From Eledone cirrhosa (taxonomy: Eukaryota): a DNA stretch of 64,000 nucleotides. Each line of letters opens with the position of its first letter. Within the stretch, counting starts at the first letter, position 1. The notes under the pieces are model-generated. The model saw only the letters and a program-made list of their open reading frames with translations, had not been told where the DNA came from and searched no databases. A program made the translations under genes and the position numbers. The stretch lies in assembly GCA_964016885.1 (NCBI GenBank), contig CAXHJY010001549.1, positions 124,001 to 188,000 on the forward strand. Direction: 5' to 3'. Positions 55,384-64,000 of this stretch are shown here, piece by piece.

Positions 55384-55437
<54 letters not shown>

Positions 55438-58400
55438 GATTTTGTTGGGGTTTTTTTAAGGACATTTGTTCCCAATTCTTTTGCTTCGAAAGAGACCAAA
55501 TTAAAACTAACGTCTGTCCTTAGGTTGATGACCGAACAGCCATCTAAAGGTTTTGCAGTTTGGGAACTGTGATCAGCAGTATATTGTAGCATGACTCAAC
55601 CCATATTGACCTTCGTTTTAACTATAGTTATGTCAGCTTATATTTGGCGCTGTTATTAGCCACACCAGAATACACTAGTGACACACTAAAATATATTCTT
55701 TTATTCACACATCTCCTTGACTCGTGTTAGCAAGCAGAACAAGAAAAAGAAAGACAAGGAAACCATTAAAAAAAACTTTTTAAAATGTATTTAGAATAGA
55801 ATTTATTCACATTTTTTATCATGTGAGTTTGAAGATAAAATAAGAGAAAGAAATGTACTACATTGTATTTAATATTCTTAGAAAAAAAAGCACAATTGAC
55901 GCTACTTAAGTGTGAGGAATACATTTGTGGTGCATCTTGAGGGAAAATATTCTAATGTATCATATTTTTGCATGAGTATTCTCTAATTTATATTTGCTAG
56001 CCAGCAAAGCTTATTCCATTTTATGACTAATCCATTAAGCTATTTTATGCTCAAAATGTGGGATACTATAAAAATTACAGGATTTACTGAATATTCTGAA
56101 ATATTTAAAGATATAACACCTTCTAAAGATGAAATAAATTGTATATTATGAAGTACGAAAATGCGGTTGAAATAACCTATCGATCTTTTATGGAAAATGT
56201 ATAAATTCTTGATTTGAAATGGTCACTATTTGTCAATCTTAATACAGTGCGAGAGGTATTCACATGCTTTATTTATTTATCAGGAACAAAATTGCTATAA
56301 TAATTGTTTCTACTTTTGGCACAATGCCAGCAATTATCCCAGCACATTACTGGTACTTTATTTTGTCGACCCCGTAAGGAAGAAAGGCAAAGTTAACCTC
56401 GACGGGATTTGAACTCAGAATGGCAAGGGTCCTAACTCTATGCGTCAAAGCATGGTGTCCGACCCTCTATCGATACTGCCAATCCACTGACTTTAAGACA
56501 TTCTAGTTTTGAAGATGGGCAACAACGGAACTCTTTACTTCTTTAAGATATTTGAGAAAGCTAAAAGAACAAGATAAACACACTCTTGAAACTCTTCAGG
56601 TTTTCTGGTGACTTCAGTCTTTGGACTCAATAGTTTCCATCAACGAAACTCATTAGAAACTGTAACCATTCCATTTAACCATGTAGAACGTTTTTTTTTT
56701 TGTTATTGTTTTGTTATTTTTATAATCTTGTAAGCTGAATTCTATATTCACTGTTTGTGTATTATTGGGAACTAATGATTACGTGCAAGTTACAAGATGG
56801 TTATCACGAGTATATTACATATATGCTTAATAAATATACTTTTGATATTTATTTCATAATAATTAGTGTCAAAATAATTAGCGAGTTTTGAATAATAAAT
56901 ATTTTCAGTTTCAAAGACTGAGTTCATCACCTAGTTTTGATTCCTGGTTGAAACTATGTCATGTTGCCGTAGAAAGAATAAACGTCACAAACGACATCAA
57001 ATTATAAAATATGATATTTGGGTATTAATCTCTGTCTGAACACGAAGGATTTGGAGGGAGAGAGAAAGAGAGAATAAATCTATAGTTATCGATTTAGTTT
57101 AATCTGAATAAAATAACTAAAAAAAGTGAATACAAAATTCTGTTCTAGTTTTTATATCTGGAAATAATGAAGTTTCCTTAATACAGGAATACAATATTTA
57201 GATAAATATTCTGCTGCTTGACTGACATATTCCCACATCAACCAACAAGACAAAGCTTTGCTCATGGCTGATGTAGGGCGTTGATGTTATAAGAAAATGG
57301 CGGCTAACTATAACGGATTTTTTACAATTTTTCTTTTTTTTTTATCGGTCGTAAAATATATCAAAAAGCTTTTATATCATACATTTCATTCATTTCTCTC
57401 TTGTAAGTGATAGAAAAAGATGCAATGACAGGGAAATATGAAGAAAGATTCTGTAATTGTATATTTTCGTCTTTTTCAAAGACATTTTCTAGAACATAAT
57501 ACTGATCTAGCCTCCCCTACTCTTATATCACATAAGCTTTTCTTACACCATTTAACAATATACAAATGTGTCCACCCACATAATTCACTCATACACCAGA
57601 ACAGACATATACATCGGTACTATATGCATTCAAAAGCCAAACAGAAATAACAAAGCAAACTACACAGTACAGTGAAGAAATATATTATTAGTTTTACGCT
57701 TGATATGGTAGGAAAATAGTCTTAACGTTTCTGATGCTAGTCCTTCATCTGAAAATAGAATAAGAAAGATTGGGGAGACGAAGAGGGCGGAAACAGAAAA
57801 CCTTTTTTTAGAGAAAAATAACAGGTCCATTCATGTTGCCATCTCATGGAAAACTGTTGATGCTGGTGTTTTGTGTATCATATACATTTTTGAAAAGGCG
57901 GTGATCGACCGCGTCTATCTGAACCTGAAAAAAACCCATTTGTATATAGAGCTGTGTGTGTGTGTGTGTTTATACGTCCGTACGACGCTAAGAAGATGTG
58001 TGTGTATATGTAAGTAAAAGAGAGTGTGTACATTTTATGATGCTGTATAAACTGTAAGAGTATGTTTCTAACTATAACAGCCACAGGAACTTAGGGGGTG
58101 AATGTAGGCGCGCGTGTGTGACGACGGACGGGGTAAAGGTGACAGTGGTAAGGGATAGAGAAGTAAGTCTCTGTTATGGTAATGACAGAATGATTCCCTT
58201 GCAGCTGTAAGAGAATCATGTAAATCCGACGAGCTTTTGATTCCAGAGTCTGGTCAGATCGATACAGATCAAGTCTTGAGCTGATCAATCACGAAACACG
58301 CGTCACACCTCAATAAATGTAATGAAGATCTAAAACCACGTCCTTTTTATTATTATAACTACGCACCACGCCTTATTGCGAAAAATGCAGCCTTGTTTAA

Positions 58401-58637
58401 CGTCGGGTAAATCAAATGCCAATCTTGCCTCTACTATGATGGCTTCGATATTTTCCATGTAAGCTTCTTCTAATCTACCAATTAACACCCTCTCCAATCT
58501 CGTATTTTCTACCTCTAAACGATTTTTAAACACCGCCTACAAATTATGATTTAATAATAGCTCCCTCCCATAAATTTTCGATAGCTACACCACTGATGCT
58601 ATAGGTATTCCGTGCCCCGAACGACACGTTCAGTCGG

Positions 58638-58770
58638 TAAGTGCAGACCTGTCAACTTTCCCCGTCCGACAGGGAGATTTCCCACCCACTTTGAGGTGAG
58701 TGAGAGATGTCTTCTCTTGTGAAATGAGTATAGCTTTCAATATGTAATATCTCCCCCATTTGGCGTCATT
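58638..58770. repeat. Unclassified interspersed repeat; inverted copy at ~128-257
   Basis: GTGCAGACCTGTC...AGCTTTCA...TGGCGTC matches the reverse complement of 128-257. Confidence 0.7.
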
Positions 58771-60481
58771 TCTCCGCCGTTTTGGGGCACTTTTTTTTTT
58801 CGTGGTACTCCCCGTTGGGTTTTTAGAGATTTGTAGGTTTGGTAAGTGGATCCTTGTATAGAAATCATTACTTGACCCAAACATCACAAATCTGTGGACC
58901 TTTTAGCAATCAATTTGAAAATGTCGATGTTGTACACTATCTATATCTAAGCAAAGAACCTCTACTTGGTCGTTCCTTCTGCTACAAATAACAGCCAAAT
59001 CTCCCTCAAATCACACCTCTATTGTCATTTGTGTTATGCATATACCCACTTATATGAACCGCGAATCTTCCCTTTGCCAAATCAGTTAGCGCTAACCATT
59101 TAACGACATCTCGAAAACCCCACTTTATGTCCATCCCCACCTCACACAACACAACCTAGGTAATCATTCACCCACTGAACAATACACTTGCCCACCATTG
59201 GTGGACGCAGTATAACCGAATGGTTAAAATGTTCGCTTCCGAATCAATAGGTTCAAGGTTCAATCACATTGTGAGGCATCTTCGGCAAATGTTGATCCAT
59301 ACCTTGTGAGTGAAATTGAGTAGACAGAAACTGTGTGGAAGCCCGTCAGGTTGACTGTTCATGTAATTCAAAGGACCAGCTTTGTCACATACTGTGCCAC
59401 GTTGAATCTCCCTGAGAATTAAGTTAATGGTATACGTGTCGGTGAAATGTTCAGCCACTTACCAGTTAATTTCATGGACAGGCTGCTCCATCAGAATATA
59501 CATTGACTATAAGATTTTTTAAATTGTTTTTAGAAAAAAAAATTGATTTCGGGCTATTTTCAAACACAATCCACTGCATCTTGAAATTTTGAAGCTAATT
59601 ATTATAAAATTAATCTGGCAACTGCCCCCAATAGTCCTACAACTCCTCAATCCCAGCTAATTACTAATTCCTTCTATTACAATACCCCTCCCTACATCAC
59701 TATATTCTCTATATAAAAAAAACAATTTCTTGTAGATATAGCTTGAAGCTCACAAAATATTTACTCAGATTGAAAACTCGCGAGATGAAACTACTTCTCA
59801 CTACGCTATATTGATGTTTCTCGAAATAAATATTCTACACACAGCATTAAATTCTCGTAAAATACGGATTGGCTTGAGTTATGTAGTGAATTGAAAATTA
59901 GCTGTCGTCTAAAGATGTTATAAAGTCATTAATACTAATAACCCGTGGAGTTTACCTCATCTGTTCTACAAACAGAATAGAATCGAGTCATTATATTTGA
60001 GGTCATGGACCAGCTGACTCACTGAGAATTCTTTATAATATTTCGCTTTTATTCAACACTGAACAGTAGCATGACAAGAAATATCCGTTACACATTTAAA
60101 GTTGATCTTTTACACAAAGCCCATAACAGCACAATTTCTTGTCCAGTCCATTGCTGAAAGAGACGCCTTCAACAATAAAATTTAATTTACTTTCAGTGTT
60201 ACAACATATATATTTACTTTGCGAAAATGTAAAAAGAATAGTTGGGATGATACAATACAACTTGATACCCATCAATAGAATTGGTTATTCTGTAATTTAT
60301 ATTCTGGCCCTGTAAAACATCTGATGTATTTACATTGAGCTATTTTTCTTACTGGTAATAAGGTAGTAATAAATTACTGACCTTTCCTGTTTATAATTAT
60401 ATATAGTATAAATATTATTATATATATATATATATTTCGGAATACAAAAACCAAAAACGCAGGAGTACAAGTTACAAATAG

Positions 60482-60547
<66 letters not shown>

Positions 60548-61639
60548 TTGGAGGAGGTAAAAACCAGTTAGACTATTATTCACCAGAGTACTGGATACTT
60601 GAGGTAATAGAGTGGGTAATTTGAAAGAATTCAGGAGCCCGACGGCTGACCTCCGGCCGTTTCAGCAGCTAGACCCGAACTAATAGCTGCATATGCACAA
60701 ATAAATCTATATACGTATGTGTATCTATATTTCTGCGTGTATGCCTATCCGTTTGCGTGTGCTTTTATTTTTATTTGCACGCCTGTCCCTGGCTTTTAAC
60801 CATTTGAAGTGTGTGAGAGATGAGGTTGAAACGGCCGGAACTCAGCCGTCGGAGTCCTGAAGTTTTTTCATATATATATATATATATAAGTAATAATAAT
60901 TGTCTCTACTTTAGGCACAAGGCCAGCAATTACCCAGTGCATTACTGGTACTTTATTTTATCGACCCCGTAAGGATGAAAGGCAAAGTCAACCTCGGCGG
61001 GATTTGAACTCAGATCGTAAAGGGACGTAAAGTAAATAATAATGATGATTTTGCAGTATCTAGTTCGGTGTAAGGTGGCTTTCATGTCAAACATTGCGTG
61101 ATTGTCTTTCTCTTCTGTGTCTTCGAGGAAATAATTCTAAATAGTAGAGAGGCCAAGTCATTCAACTATTTCACTTCAACTCAACACCAGCCAAACGAAG
61201 AAGGAAGTTCGAATACTTTTGCCCAGTTAAAATACAAACCTTGCCAGTCGATATACGTTTGTTTTCTGTAAACTAGATAAAACCTAACAACAAAGAACCT
61301 ACTTTTAAAAGTACCCAACTGGCATTGATTTTCAAGAGAACTTTTACAACTACGGTCTTCATGTAAAAAACACTATTGAAGATATTTACGTTATTTTAAT
61401 CTAAGAACACGCACGCGGGCCCACACAGAGAGAGAGAGACAGACACAGAGAGAGACAGAGACACACACACATATATATATATATATAAGGAAATGAGGGG
61501 GAGGGGGATTATGAAAAAAAATGAGATGTCCTACACGAGTGAAAGTATAACGAAAAGAAATCGAAAATGCAACTGGAGTCTTTTTAAGAATATAAAAAAT
61601 ATTCTTAAAAAGACTCTAGTTGCATTTTCGATTTCTTTT

Positions 61640-61689
<50 letters not shown>

Positions 61690-64000
61690 ATGGATGCAGT
61701 AAAAACCAGTTAGACCATTACTCACCAGTGTTCTCGATACTTGGGGTAGTAGAGTGGGTAATATGACAAATTTGGGACCCAAACGGCTGAGTTCCTGCCA
61801 TTTCAACAACGGATCTAGCCATCGGGGTAAGAATTGTTCATATATATATACATAAATATGTGTGTGTATGTAAAAGGTAAATAGAAATAACGAAACAAAC
61901 GGCACAGTACATGGAATATATATATAGTTTGACTTCTCCATCCATATGTATTACACCTAACCCACATAAAGCAGATTTCAGAAAGCGATAGGACTACAGA
62001 TCGTTGACGTCACAGAAAAAGCCATTGTGATTATCGTCAAAGGAAAAATGGTTCCTTTGAGATTATTACGTTGAAAAATAGAAGGCCAGATTTTATTATT
62101 GATAACGTTAGCTCGATGACTGATCGTTAGAATTGAGACCTTATACAGTTCTGAATTCAAAAACAGAAATGATCTAATTAGCATTTTATCTTAGTGATCT
62201 ATGTAATTAAGAAAAACTAATTAAATTTAGCAAATTAAGAAGGGAAGTTCATTTCCATATAGAAGTCAAAATAAAACATATTAATATTAATTAAACTATT
62301 AGTCGACATATCGTTCTTTAAAACTAAAGGGTTTAATATATCAGTCGTGAGAGGACATGGCAAATGTCAGCCAATGTGTGTTCCAGCTCTCTGTGCTCTG
62401 AGGTCAAAGTTGTCTTTCATCTTTTCGTGATCGTTAAAATTACTAGCAGAAAAACCACTATTCGGGTGGTTTTCTGCTAGCATATGTAGTGTGTATATTG
62501 ATATTATACACAAATATATATGCATGTAGATATGATACATGAAATAAAATCGTAATTGACAATATACACAGAAATTGAACGAAGACTGTTACACTGTCTT
62601 ATGTAATCAGTAAAGTAACCCATGATACATTTAAAAAAAGACATTATATATAAACTACATTGGGAGAAAATTAGCGACAGAAATATATGCGATATTTTTA
62701 TAAGTGTTATAATATAACGGCCGCTAACTGGAAGTATTTATATTTGAAAATTTTAAAGAAGTGAATCTTTAAATAAGCTATAAAATATATTTAATCAACA
62801 GCCACGAAATTTTGCACATAAATTATATAATATTCATTCATTATTTATTGGTGGATTGGCAGTATCGGTGGAGGGTCGGACGCCATGCTTTTCAGCATAG
62901 TTACGTCCCTTTACGATCTGAGTTCAAATCGCTCCGAGGTTGACTTTGCCTTTCATCCTTACGGGGTCGATAAAATAAAGTACCAGTAATGCACTGGGTA
63001 ATTGCTGGCCTTGTGCCTAAAGTAGAAACAATTATTTATTCAAAGTAATCCAACTTATTTTACAAACGGGGTAAAAAAAATATATTCTGGACGCAGTCGC
63101 GCACTCCTTTCTTTATTATGGTTAAGATGTGAAGGCACGTGGCATTGAGCTCAGGGTATTCAGATAACTACCGTATGGTCGTGAATTCGATTCCTGGCGA
63201 TACGTTGTGTCCTTGAGCAAAACACTATATTTCACGTTGCTCCAGTCCATTCAGCTGGCAAAAAATGAGTTGTTCCTGTAATTCGAAGGGCAAGCCTTGT
63301 CACATTCTGTGTCATGCTGAATCTCCGAGAACTACGTTAAGGGTACGCGTGTCTGTTGAATGCTCAGCCACTTGCACGTTAATTTTCCGTTGATCGTATC
63401 AACTGGAATTTTCGTCGTAACCGACGGAATGCCAACATTCAAATTATGTATGAATACAGGTATTGTTCGAGCATTGGCCCTGTTGTATATGTTCTGGCAC
63501 TTTGTGTTCTTAGTTCAAATCCCACTGTGACCTACATGGATGATAGACTTAATCCGTTGCCTGGTTTAATAGCACCACCTCACCTTTAGTGGAGTTCATT
63601 CTATCATAAACATTCGGGCCATGTCTCCGGTTTAAGGATATCTGCCCCTCCCCCTTCTACCAGTCCCAGAAAATAGTTATGGGCACTGTCCGTCTATCTC
63701 TGAATAAACAACCAAAAATGTACACTTAAAATAAAGTCTGGAAGTATTATATTGAAGATAGCTTTATACCAAAAAACTGACAATATGATCTCGATTAATA
63801 TTTCAAAAGACATCGCACAACTTATAAATTATCAGCTTTTATACTCCTCTACAAGTTAAATAATTGTTTCTACTTTTGGAACAAGGAAACAATTATCCCA
63901 GTGAGTTACTGGTGCTTTATTTTATAGACGCCATAAGGGATGAAAGGCAACGTTAACTATGGCGGGATTTGAACTCAGACCATAAAGGGCCGTAACTATG

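Noticed and set aside
57297-57410. Small ORF starting ATGGCGGCT; TAACTATAACGG resembling a homing-endonuclease site
   Set aside because: 35 low-complexity codons with no splice or homology support; the short match is expected by chance; at most a YY1-like motif

Overview
AT-rich, repeat-dense animal genomic DNA. The repeat repertoire (RTE LINE tails, tRNA-SINEs, very long (TA)n tracts) suggests an octopus-like coleoid cephalopod; that is inference. Two intron-containing genes lie in tandem on the minus strand. (1) A complete 7-coding-exon Sp1-4-class transcription factor (41120->18214, 2394 nt CDS, 797 aa) with Sp box, Q-rich region, Btd box and three C2H2 fingers. (2) The 5' five coding exons of a divergent SPRTN/Spartan metalloprotease gene (12499->295), which runs off the window start. 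The rest is mobile and repetitive DNA: a decayed Naiad-type Penelope-like element, RTE LINE fragments whose RT carries an inserted PHD-type finger, tRNA-derived SINEs, piggyBac/TcMar MITEs and minisatellites. The most notable unannotated structure is a set of short fold-back elements from several sequence families that carry hammerhead-ribozyme motifs, often share a GTATYGAGTACT-like motif near one end, and sit in (TA)n tracts. No gene was found in 41.4-64 kb.
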